DNA of 64,000 nucleotides, from the NCBI GenBank assembly GCA_964016885.1, contig OZ024742.1, positions 310,000,001 through 310,064,000 on the forward strand. Reading direction: 5' to 3'. Both the position numbers and the translations under genes were made by a program. Numbering within the stretch: position 1 is the stretch's first letter; every line of letters begins with the position of its first letter. Source of the stretch: Eledone cirrhosa (Eukaryota). The notes under the pieces are model-generated. The model had not been told where the DNA came from, did no database searches, and was given only the letters and a program-made list of their open reading frames with translations. Positions 13,094 to 27,618 of this stretch are shown here, one piece after another.

Positions 13094-13100
<7 letters not shown>
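12296..13100 (+). mobile_element. 1.3 tandem units of a 610-bp (TA)n-inserted element; terminal part also at 61697-61900
   Basis: 12296-12480 is repeated at 12906-13100; common end TTTCCAATTATA. Confidence 0.7.
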
Positions 13101-13141
<41 letters not shown>

Positions 13142-13185
13142 CTTCAAAATATTAATAAATATAGACATTCATGTGATCAAATATA

Positions 13186-13247
13186 TTTTATTATACATAT
13201 TTCAGAGGTACTGAGCTATTTCATCAGTACGTCCTCATCAGATAAAA
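13186..13247 (-). ncRNA. Minimal type I hammerhead ribozyme
   Basis: Minus strand: TTTTAT-CTGATGA-GGAcGTACTGA..TCAGTACcTCT-GAAA-TATGTA-TA-ATAAAA. Confidence 0.72.
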
Positions 13248-13722
13248 TAAATTGATGTCGAACATACCTCAACTGTGCTGATGGTTTAATTCTAGTCTTG
13301 TTATATATATATATATACATACATACATAATCTGTGTATATACATAAATATATTTATCCCCCTCCTCTCACTTATCGTTGTCAACACGTATCTTTTATTT
13401 TTGACTTTGTATTTTTTGTTCTTATTCATTTATTTATTTTTTCTTATTACTTCATGTATATGTATGTGCATGTATTTTGTCCATGCCTGTAGATACATAT
13501 ACGCTTATGAGACAAAGTTTACGTCTACGTACATTTTAAGTATATGCGCGTGGTTGAACGTGTGTATGTTTATATATTTATTGTTTTTATATATACATAT
13601 GTATTTTTCTTTTTTTCTTTCTTTTCTCTTCTTCTTCCTCGCCTGTTGTTTCCTCAGCCACACTTCCACATTTCTTATATTTTGTTTTCAAATCCATATT
13701 TAATAAAAACACCATGTTTTAT

Positions 13723-13778
13723 TCATTCTGACGACTGAACACAGATATATCTGCTTTCAAGAAACCACTGGTAAATGA
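13723..13778 (+). ncRNA. Minimal type I hammerhead ribozyme
   Basis: TCATT-CTGACGA-stem II-GAAA-CCACTGG-TA-AATGA; homolog at 61450-61505. Confidence 0.75.
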
Positions 13779-13920
13779 TATAATTATCTTATGTTGTTTA
13801 TTACATAACTAATAAGCTCTGTAGCCTACATAGGGCAGTCTTTTTTCCTGTACCTATCCGACGGAATTACTTCATTTACACACACACACGTACACACACG
13901 TACACACACGCACACACACG

Positions 13921-14115
<195 letters not shown>

Positions 14116-14141
14116 ATATATATATATATATATGTATATAC

Positions 14142-14173
<32 letters not shown>

Positions 14174-14764
14174 GTGTGTGTCTGTATGTGTCTGTGTGTG
14201 TCTGTGTGTATTTGTGTGTGTGTTTCTATGTGTGTGTGTGTGTGTGAGTTTGTTCGTTTGTGTGGGGTTAATTACATTTCACAAGTGTAGCAAAGATGTC
14301 AAGATAAGTCGTTTGTTTTCCCCGTGACATTCATTGATAACAAAATACTACCTTTCATTTCTGTGTCACGTAGATATAGCAATGTTTCAATGTTTCTAGG
14401 TTGACAAATCATATCAAAATTAAAACATATATTATACGTTAGATGATAAAATGATGCAAGAAAAAATAGTATCTTTATGAATTATTAATGAATCTTCTCT
14501 TACAATCATTAATATTTACACACATATACACATACACATACACACCCGCATATACATGTGCAACTAGAGACAAGATGGTGTAGCAGATTAAGCCTGAAGA
14601 AGAGTAACAAAAGAGAACAGATAGTCAGTAAGGAGGTCACAGAATGTGTGACCAAAGAATTTTAACAAAATAACGAATAACTAGTAATACAGATAAACTG
14701 AAATCATCAGGTGAGTGTGTTTCTTTTTATTGGCAATACTAGCAGCATGACCATCCCCAAATAT

Positions 14765-14861
<97 letters not shown>

Positions 14862-15094
14862 GTATAGGATTATCCAAGATGTAGTGATGGTTAATTACTA
14901 CACTGGATATGGTTGACGTACGGTAAGAGGTTACTCTACGAGTTATGGAAGAATTGTTCAAGAAACTTAGTTCCTGGTCCTTCAGTATTCCGGAGTGTAT
15001 ATAAAGAATGAATAATAACAGGTAGACATCATAAAAAGGTAATTTATTCCGTGTGCTTACAAGTGTTTCCACGGTGGTATATATATATATATAT

Positions 15095-15475
15095 ATAGAA
15101 AGATTTGAATGGATACAGTTTAGTTGAAAGGAATTTATTGACACGTGTTTCTATAACAGTTACATAACCTAAAACAGCTGCTATCTACAAACTTTTAGTT
15201 ATGCAGACATATTCTGATGAAATGACAGTAAATAATAACATTGAAATATTGAATGTCTGCATAACTAAAAGTTTGTAGATAGCAGCTGTTTTAGGTTATG
15301 TAACTGTTATAGAAACACGTGTCAATAAATTCCTTTCAACTAAACTGTATCCATTCAAATCTTTCTATTTTTCTCCGGATTACTTTTGGAACTACAACTG
15401 GAACCGTCGAGCAAACTCTACGTGAGCTGATAATCTACTGTGTGTAATATTTATATTATAACACAACGGAAAATA

Positions 15476-15478
<3 letters not shown>
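15095..15478 (+). mobile_element. Truncated PLE-type insertion: ~115-bp inverted repeat around an HHR-like core, plus 3' extension
   Basis: Arms 15095-15210 / 15253-15368; loop contains CTGATGA-AATG..CATT-GAAA. Confidence 0.65.
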
Positions 15479-15523
<45 letters not shown>

Positions 15524-15959
15524 TTAGGTTTGTTGGTTCACCACTGGATAGAACTGGTCACTCCGTATGGTCAACCTCGATGTAATATTAAGGAGAGCAC
15601 TCAATGTAATGCAACTCACCCGTCTTCGTTAGTGTAGTTGGTGGTGCGAGTACGTACGTCAACCAAAACACAATGTATACATATACACACCTAACGTACG
15701 GGCAAACACGCATACACGCATACGCACGCAAACACAAAATACACATATACACATAACCATATACACATGTACCAGTATATATAATATAATATATACACCT
15801 ATAACACATACAACCATACGTACGAGAAAGTATACGTACCTTCACAAAACATACGAGTAAAGTATACTTACCTATACAAATAAGTAATGGTATAAACATA
15901 AAATATACTTAGCTGCCACATCAAGACGTAAATTATCCGAATACTGTTTGTACTATCCG

Positions 15960-18036
15960 TTAGGGTATAAAGTGGGGCTGTAATACAGGAAAGTATTATG
16001 CAATTTGTGTTTACAAGCCGAAATTGCCTCAGATTTTTTGTTTAAGATGTGGTCATTGCCGTAGAGTATTTCCAGGCCTTCAGCGGCGCAAAGATCACAA
16101 GGCCCTTTATTTCCGTTATACGATCTAGCACTCAGCTAGGATGTCCCAGTGTAACCTATATTGGGTGTGGTTGTCTTTTAGAATCCAGATATAAGTTAAA
16201 GTGACGTCATATTCCTTCTTAAAGGTTTAAGAAAAGAATGGGTATACATGTAAAGACGCTGCTTGAATCTATTGGCGGTTAACCCTATGCAGGCCCTACG
16301 GGACGTGTGTGTTTCAACCTTACATTTGTAGACAATGTTACTGGAGAGGCATTCCCCGGATAGAGGGCAGTCAGCCCGTTTCCTACAATTACAGTTAGCG
16401 CTAGCGACAGGGTTGCACGTGTTCCTACGACTAGGTAATTTATCTGAATTTGAAGCAGTGATGTTTTGAGCAAGGTTAGGAGTCGTAGAGTAAGATATTT
16501 TAATGGTATTTCTATTAAAAATATTATTATATTTATGTGCTGAGGGGAAATGCTTCTTAATAAGGGAGAGAAAGATCTTAGCTAATGGTGTGGCCACCTC
16601 CATATTATATGGCGGGTTATACCATATAATGCGTCAGGATCTATTTTTTCTTGGTCTATGTTCATACTTAGTATCGACAAATCCGCTCCGAGCAAGAGTT
16701 ACATTGTAATATGTGGAATGGCCGGTGAAAATATGCTCGTTTGTAGATCACAGGAAAGCCGCAAAGAAACGTTTCTTACCAGGTTCTTGGTTATGCTGGC
16801 AGGATGGTTAGAATGCTTGCTTATGTAATTAAGCGTATCATTCGGCTTTCTATACGGGTAATGCAAGTCATTCGACAAAATGAGGGTAACGTCGAGGTAA
16901 TTAACGACCGAGGGGTTAGCCTCAACCTGTATGGAGAGGTTGAAGCCTTTAAAGAAGGCTGTGAGTTCTTTTCTGAACCTGTCGCAAGCTCGTGGACCGC
17001 ACTTTGTTATGGTCATAAGACCGTCATCGCGGTACAAACCACCGCCCACATTGGGGAATTCTTCCTTGATAGAGAAAAGAAGGAAAAGGCCGATAAGATC
17101 TGTAATCTCCGCCGAATCGCTGGCGCCCATACTCACGTCGAATGGTGTATTAGATTGTTTTATCCAAATAGAGTCGTCGAAATTAATCACCGACTTACGG
17201 GCATTGAGGATGACATTAACTTCGAAATCCTTAACCACCGTGAGCGTTTTAGCGAAATTGATAGCTCTAAGAAGAAGTGGTAAAGTAATGGAGCAGTAGT
17301 AGTTATTGATGTCGAATTGGATAAAACGGCAATGTCCTTTGTTGCATATGCCATTGAACCAATCAATCACCGCGAAAGAATTATTCCACAAGCTTCTAAT
17401 TTCAGGTATAATTCTATCTAAAATCCTTTTACTAAGTCTACCTAAATCAGACTTCGTAGGGTTAATAAGCCGAATAGAGGGGTTGTTGGCGAAATTGGGT
17501 TTGTGATCCTTCAGGGTAAAGTGAGGAGAAATAGGGTCCAGAGGTTCAGTTCGGTCCTGGATGTTGAGTTCAGAAGTGATTTTAAACCCAGCATCGTTGA
17601 TGTCTTTAATGACACTCCGATTGGTTTTCCGGTAATCCTTAGTTACAGCATTATGTAGCAGTTGATGGTAAGTACTGCGCTCCACTTGATATAGATTGCC
17701 AGTTTTGTCGGAATGGACGTGCACGGCATTAGAATCCTTAATAGAACGAATTCTATTCTTCAGGTCCTGCTGGAAGGAATTGCTCCTATTCCAAAATTTG
17801 ATACTCCGTATGAGTTCCAAGACATCATTTTCGAAGGGTAGCAATGCTGGGTTACTGGGAGGGTTATTATAAGTTTTAAACCCAAATTTATCCTGTTTAT
17901 TATCCGCTTTTTCCTGGTTATCGAAATAAAAGACACGCCAACGCAGTTTGTTTTCTGTATCATAAGTTTTAGGTATGTCTTCGAGGTTAGGTATTGGAAT
18001 GTTCTTTGTAGAAATATTCAGGTGTTGTTTCTGCAT
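15960..18036 (-). pseudogene. Near full-length Penelope-like element ORF (Naiad-like), frameshifted
   Basis: STKNIPIP, DHKPNF..RLINPTKS, QFDI, MGASDSAE, LYRDDGL, CNCx5CPLxGxC, terminal CDLC..NKKSEAISACKH; frameshift at ~16730 and TAA stop at 16196. Confidence 0.88.
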
Positions 18037-18075
18037 GATGAATGTAAGTCAATAGAGTGCTCAACCGAGGGAGCC

Positions 18076-18162
18076 AAATAGTAATAATCATAAATTTGAA
18101 GACTAAAATCCTTATCGAGTTCTCTTTGGATTTTAGTCTTCAAATTTATGATTATTACTATT
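18076..18162. repeat. 35-bp inverted repeat; related sequence at ~32600-32700
   Basis: AATAGTAATAATCATAAATTTGAAGACTAAAATCC and its reverse complement, separated by 16 nt. Confidence 0.75.
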
Positions 18163-18179
18163 ATATATATATATATATA

Positions 18180-18422
18180 TATAATGAAAATAAAAGTTAC
18201 AGGCAAAAGAGGGTAATATACATCGTCAGTTGTCTGCTAGGAATCATAGGTATTTCTTCGCGTTTAAGACAAGATACCTCAACCTAGGGCGAACAATAAT
18301 AAAATAGGTTATTGAGATAAAAAATACCTATGATTCCTAGCAGACAACTGACGATGGACATTACCCTCTTTCGCCCGTAACTTTTATTTTCATTATACTT
18401 AATTGCAACCATAAAGCTCGCC

Positions 18423-18425
<3 letters not shown>
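18180..18425 (+). mobile_element. Inverted PLE-type terminal insertion of the 'K-turn' family
   Basis: Left arm 18180-18325 inverted, right arm 18322-18397, ~28-nt extension; homologous to 33068-33169 and 55747-55850. Confidence 0.65.
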
Positions 18426-18493
<68 letters not shown>

Positions 18494-18866
18494 GTATGTT
18501 CCTAGTTCGGGCGGCCGCCGCCCCGCCAGGACTAGCTACTACTAATTTTTGGCCGCCTTCTCGTCTTGGGCATTTCTCTCTGCTTTTCACCTCCTTGGAT
18601 TGTGTCTATTATTATATTCCTTTGTTGGATAAATTTCGGAATACCTGATGATGTCACCGGATTCATACTGAACCCGGTCATTGAAATGTTCATACCATAA
18701 TAAACCTTTAAGGAATTACACCAGTTCAGCCTCCTGTTATTTTGTATTATATATATATAGATATTAGAGGTGCAAATTAATTGCGTCCGTAGGCGGGCAG
18801 AGTATCAATAATCATATTGATGCAACATTGATACTTTGTTCCCTTATATATTATTATTATTATTAT

Positions 18867-19158
18867 TGGATTGGCAGTATCGGTAGAAGGTCGGACACCA
18901 TGCTTTGCAGCATAGAGTTACGGCCCTTTACGGTCTGAGTTCAAATTCCGCCGAGGGTGGTTTGGCAATATCGGTAGAGCGCCAGAGACCATGCTTTGCA
19001 ACATAGAGTTATGGCTCTTTACATTCTGAGTTCAAATCTTGCCGAGGTTAACTTTGTCTTTCATCCTTACGGGGTCGATAAAATAAAGTACCAGTAACGT
19101 ACTGGAGTAGATTTAATCGACTTTCCCCCTTCTCTAAATTACTGGCCTATAAAAGAAA

Positions 19159-19165
<7 letters not shown>
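18867..19165 (+). mobile_element. SINE (partial head plus full copy)
   Basis: Family consensus. Confidence 0.8.
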
Positions 19166-19255
<90 letters not shown>

Positions 19256-19322
19256 AAGGTTTAGCAAATAATGAAAAAGTTTCAAAATAAATTTTAAAAA
19301 ATTGACTTTACCTACTATAGTT

Positions 19323-19405
19323 ACCTTTACCGATCGGTATCGAATCCCAAAAATAAACGGAGGCCATACGGCCTTCGTTGCAAAGAAAGATTCTCGTCAG
19401 AAGGT
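19323..19405 (-). ncRNA. Type I hammerhead-like motif with GAUA core
   Basis: Minus strand: ACCTT-CTGACGA-GAATC..GATTC-GATA-CCGATCGG-TA-AAGGT. Confidence 0.65.
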
Positions 19406-19604
19406 TCTTTTCATTCGAAGAATATAAAATTCTTGAATTTAAATTACGAACTAACCTGCCATTGAACCACATTGGCATTTGGTTGGACAATACATGCGTC
19501 CCTTAGCGCCTTGTGCGTGAAGGAACACATATCCTATTATATATATATATATATATATAGTGACGAAACATAAGTCAATTGCATGAACTCATAATCCTTT
19601 ATTT

Positions 19605-19660
19605 ACTGCTATATATATTTCGATGATAGCCATTGAATGGCTATGACCTCATCAGGCAGT
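19605..19660 (-). ncRNA. Canonical minimal type I hammerhead ribozyme
   Basis: Minus strand: ACTGC-CTGATGA-GGTcATAGCCAT(tca)ATGGCTATcATC-GAAA-TATATA-TA-GCAGT. Confidence 0.82.
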
Positions 19661-20343
19661 TAGTCAGTTCTTAGATATGCCAGGTCTGTGTTTATAGTAT
19701 TGATGGTATCAGAGCCTTGGGACACACACACATATATATATATAAAGTAGTTTACTTAATACGAAGCATTGTGACACACACATAACGATCATGTATCTCT
19801 ACAATAGCTCTATAGGAGAATTAGAGCTAAAAGCTATCCAAGATATCAGTGCTTTGCACACTGCCAATATCACATGAAGAAATATTGATACAGACTAAGT
19901 ATCATACTTACGTTGAAACTAAGTCTTCACAAGGCTCATACGGTGCTATTTCATGCATCAAAATACATGTACATTTACCGTTGATTAACATCGGTAAATC
20001 GTGAAGCCAAGAGCTGCCAACATCAGTAGAAACCTTGAAATTTTAGAAAAATAATTGTTCCCAAAGAACGAGAGGCCAGTCATTGCTCAGACCACAAGTA
20101 GAATAAAAATAGGATGGTTGTGCTAAGTGGTTACGCTACAAATAGCTCACACACTAACACACAAAATACTGGTCGACCAAGTTAGGAGCTTATATATAAA
20201 AAGAGGTCGATATGTAATACATAATGATCATGTGACTCCATGAGAGAATTAGAGCTAAAAATCCAAGACTTCAGAGCTCTGCGCACTGCCGATATTTCAG
20301 GAAACCATATATCTAATATTTTGCAGAGAATAATTTAATCAGG

Positions 20344-20415
<72 letters not shown>

Positions 20416-20429
20416 TACATATATATATA

Positions 20430-20668
20430 TTCTATTATAAATTGAGCCAACTTAATCGCTGGTGTTTTCGCATAGCTCTAAATATTTATTTCAAATATAC
20501 CGTATTTCTTCTGAAATACGAAATTCCAATACATATCTGTATACAACTATGCCTGAAGCTAAATTGTAATTCTATTATATATATAAATAATAGAATTACA
20601 ATTTAGCTTCAGGCATGGTTGTATACAGATATGTATTGGAATTTCGTATTTCAGAAGAAATACGGTAT
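20430..20668 (-). repeat. ~80-bp inverted repeat with a one-sided extension (PLE-type remnant)
   Basis: Arms ~20497-20578 / 20587-20668. Confidence 0.6.
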
Positions 20669-20679
20669 GTATATATATG

Positions 20680-22190
20680 TATTTATTGTTATACTTGGGG
20701 AGGGTCATATTGTTGTAATAATATTGCCAGAAATAATAACAGAACACACTCACTGTTTGGTTGTTTTTTTCGCTTCTGTATCTTTTATATCTCCATAGTT
20801 AATTCATTCGGCAATCAATGTTTATCATTGATTGACCAACGGTCAAAGATACAGATATAAATACATATATATGGTCTAACAAAGTTATTTCGTTGCACAT
20901 CTGCAACATCATCAGTGGTACTAAGATGTTTAATCATGTTGTATTGTATGTCTACGCCATTTTTATTTTATCTGTTTATTTATTTATTTATTTATTTTTG
21001 TCTTCTTCTCTGCGCATGCGTTTGCGTGTGTGTATAGTATTTGGTGTATGTGTTCGCGTTTGGGTGACTGTGTTTTGGTTATTGTACTCTATCTTAGTTT
21101 ATTGGTGTGTGTTTATATGTGTTTGTTGTTATTATGCTTGTGTATATTATTTATTTATTTATATTTCTCTTAAGTCAGTATTGTTTGTTTGGGTGTTGTT
21201 GTTATTCCATTCATTTTTTCTGTTTAGCTTTGGCTTTCTAAGGTCTATTTCGCTTGCCTCTCAGATTTGTCTACCTGCTGGGTCATTTCTATGTTTAGAT
21301 ATTATTTTAATTTCTATATTGTCTATGTTACCGTCATGTTGTTGTCTAGCGTGTTCGTATAGTACTGAACCTTTTTTTTTGGTCCTTTTAATTCCCCCCA
21401 GTGTTGGTCTATTCTTTCTTCTATGCTTCTTCGAGCTGCCTCGCCTATGTATGTTGTTGTCATGTTTATGCAAGTACCCTCTATACATCTTATGGTAAAG
21501 ACTACATTTCTAGTTTTACAGTTTATCCAGGGGTTTACTTTACATATAACACATTTCTTATTAGTACAGTAAGTTTTCTTAAAAGGGTATGTTTTGCTGA
21601 TCAGGGATTTTATGGTAGTTCCTGGCTTTTCTACCACTTTAATCTTTAAGTGGGTCTTTCTCAGGGCCTTTCTACATTGGTTAGCTAATTTCCCTCCAGG
21701 GGTAGCGTCCACGAACATGATACTCTGGTATCTCTGGTTGTCGTACCATGAGGTGGCTTTCCCTATCTTATGTTTAGTCCTATCTAAGCTATTCCATGAT
21801 TTTCTCCTGTATAATGGGCAAATTCCTTTCATGTCCAGTTCTATGAGGGTCTCATACTCCTCCGTGGCTCCTTTGTATACTCTGATTCTGCCTCTTTGGT
21901 TGTAGCCAGAGAACTGCATGCGGTTGATGAAGTGTTGGATGTGTCTTTCCATTTCTGTTGGGTCGCATTTGCAGGACACGTTTTTCATCACTTGTACCAA
22001 GTCTGCGATCAGAATATTAAACTTAGCACTACTGGACATTGCTGAGTTTTTGAGTATCAGGTATTTGGAGGCCATGGGTTTAGCGTAGTGTGAGTGGAGA
22101 ACTTGGGCCCTCTCGTCTATACTGTCAATCCAGATTTCCGTGTCTAATACAGGTAGTCTATTGTTAGGGTGTTTCGAAGGGTATATATAT
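20680..22190 (-). mobile_element. 5'-truncated Penelope-like element, third lineage (ORF 21323-22204)
   Basis: LPVLDTEIW, HYAKPMAS, MFVDATPGG, VVEKPG, Cys cluster, NVVF.IRC..YIGE; its 3' terminus recurs at ~11105-11170 and ~14720-14770. Confidence 0.8.
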
Positions 22191-22811
22191 GCATATGTAT
22201 TCATATAGTTATATATTCTTTTGCTGTGTTATTATTTTACTAATTTCAGACATTAGATTGCGCCCATGCTGTGATACCGCCTTGATTGAGTGGATCATAT
22301 CGGCTCTAGTACTTATCTTTTTATGTCTGGTACATATTTTATCGATCTCTTGGTTGTCGCATAGTAACGTTATGGAACAAAAGAACACATACAGACACAA
22401 ACGTAAACATAAACAAAGACATATATGGTTGATATGATACTAGTTAAAATCAGTTCAAACACAAATATACATTCACATATATACATGGATACATAGATAA
22501 ATACATTCACACATACATGCATATTGGTTGCATCGCTGTTTCGGGAATTGCCATCCCTTGACCTTTTTCTCATACATCGGTGCCACGAACATAACCTTTT
22601 AGCCATGTCTAGGACTTTCTGTGTATGATACAGCGAAAGAAAAAAAAGGCCATGCTCACGCAACATGTATATATCTGATGGACTTCTCCACTGACATGAT
22701 ATTACTCAAATCGAGGCTATAGTAGAAGAGACTTGCCCAAGGTGACGTACAGCGGCACTGAACTTATACATATATATATATATATATATATGAGATAAAT
22801 ATATATAAGAT

Positions 22812-23009
<198 letters not shown>

Positions 23010-23014
23010 TATAT

Positions 23015-23081
<67 letters not shown>

Positions 23082-23086
23082 TATAT

Positions 23087-23188
<102 letters not shown>

Positions 23189-23297
23189 GTATATACTCGC
23201 ATATAAGAAGAACAGCTTTTATTTTTGTTTTAGATGTGTATTAAAAACATAGTTTTATTTCTTCTATTAATTTTTGTCATATTTTCGTAAGATTTAG

Positions 23298-23331
<34 letters not shown>

Positions 23332-23336
<5 letters not shown>

Positions 23337-23520
23337 GTTTCTACTTTAGGCACAAGGCCAGCAACTACCCAGAACATTACTGGTTCTTTATTTTATCGAC
23401 CCCGTAAGGATGAAAGGTAAAGTCAACCTCGGCGGGATTTCCACTCAGATCGTAAAGGGACGTAACTATGCTGGAAGGCATGGCGTCCGACCCTCTACCG
23501 ATACTGCCAATCCACCGCCA
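23332..23520 (-). mobile_element. SINE
   Basis: Family consensus. Confidence 0.85.
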
Positions 23521-23625
23521 TATATATATATATATATATATATAAATGTATATACTCATATATATATATGAATGTATATATATATATATATATATATAAA
23601 TGTATATACTCATATATATATATGA

Positions 23626-23684
<59 letters not shown>

Positions 23685-23710
23685 TGTATATATTCATATA
23701 TATATGAATG

Positions 23711-23742
<32 letters not shown>

Positions 23743-23744
23743 CA

Positions 23745-25850
<2,106 letters not shown>

Positions 25851-25887
25851 TATATATATATGAATGTATATACTCATATATATATGA

Positions 25888-25923
<36 letters not shown>

Positions 25924-26034
25924 ATTATATATAATGTATTTTGCAATACACTTTATGCATTTTGAAGACCGTAAGCTATTGTTTTAAAGTAGTGACAAAT
26001 TCACTCACTTTGATCTCAGCAAACAGGGGAGATA

Positions 26035-26078
26035 AGCCGACAAGACTTGTTTCGCTTTGGTTGAAGCTTATCAAGGCC
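26035..26078 (-). ncRNA. Type I hammerhead, U3:A8 variant
   Basis: Minus strand: GGCC-TTGATAA-GCTT(caacca)AAGC-GAAA-CAAGTCTTG-TC-GGCT; stem I extended by GATCTCAG../..CTGAGATC. Confidence 0.75.
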
Positions 26079-26233
26079 AACTACCCCACCTGTCTACTGA
26101 GATCATTGATGTTATATTCTTATAGAAATCTAGTAAATAATCAGGAGCTGATTATGCAGAGCGGTTGTTGGTCAGGCAGAAATTAAAAATTAGAATTATA
26201 TACATATGAATGTATATATTAATATATATATGA

Positions 26234-26800
<567 letters not shown>

Positions 26801-26874
26801 ATATATATATATACAATCTCTCTCTCTCTCTCTCTCTCTCACAATCGCACAAACACTCACACACATATATATAT

Positions 26875-26969
<95 letters not shown>

Positions 26970-27025
26970 ATTTCAAAAAGTGGAGAATAACATGGTCAAC
27001 AGTACAAAAAAAGGGGATTTATTTA

Positions 27026-27135
27026 CAGTCTAAAAATTGTTTCACTGATAAAGATGTCTAAAAATTACTGAACACGAGAAGCAGAGCCACTCAATTTTAA
27101 ATACGATGTTAGCTCAATCAGATCCTCAGAAACTG
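27026..27135 (-). ncRNA. Hammerhead-like motif with ~70-nt insertion in stem II
   Basis: Minus strand: CAGTTT-CTGAGGA-tCTGAT..ATCAGt-GAAA-CAATTT-TT-AGACTG; stem III mismatched. Confidence 0.55.
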
Positions 27136-27137
27136 TT

Positions 27138-27261
27138 AATTGTTTCTATGAATTAATTATTTTTTAAAAAGGTGGAGGAGAAAGCTGCCCCCGTATTTAA
27201 CATGTCTTTTTTTCTTATTTGTTTTCCTTAATCTTAGCAATTTGTCGAAGATATATCAGCT

Positions 27262-27325
<64 letters not shown>

Positions 27326-27407
27326 AATAAATATATATATATACATATATAAATATATATATATATATATATATGTATATGTATATATGTATATATATAT
27401 GTATATA

Positions 27408-27491
<84 letters not shown>

Positions 27492-27618
27492 TAAGCTGAT
27501 ATATCTTCGACAAATTACAAAGATTAATGAAAACAAATAAGAAAAAAAGACACGTTAAATACGGGGGCAGCTTTCACCTCCACCATTTTAAAAAATAATT
27601 AATTCATAGAAACAATTT
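27138..27618. repeat. ~130-bp inverted repeats separated by a (TA)n tract
   Basis: 27138-27270 vs 27486-27618. Confidence 0.8.

Noticed and set aside
15960-18036. Possible selenocysteine recoding, as reported for some Naiad PLEs (also 59720-60890)
   Set aside because: Conserved Cys positions are normal Cys codons, the internal stop is TAA, and no SECIS was seen
18640-18700. HHR-like cores at 18645 (+) and ~20875-20920 (-)
   Set aside because: CTGATGA, stem II and GAAA are present but stem I does not pair; at best degenerate, so not called
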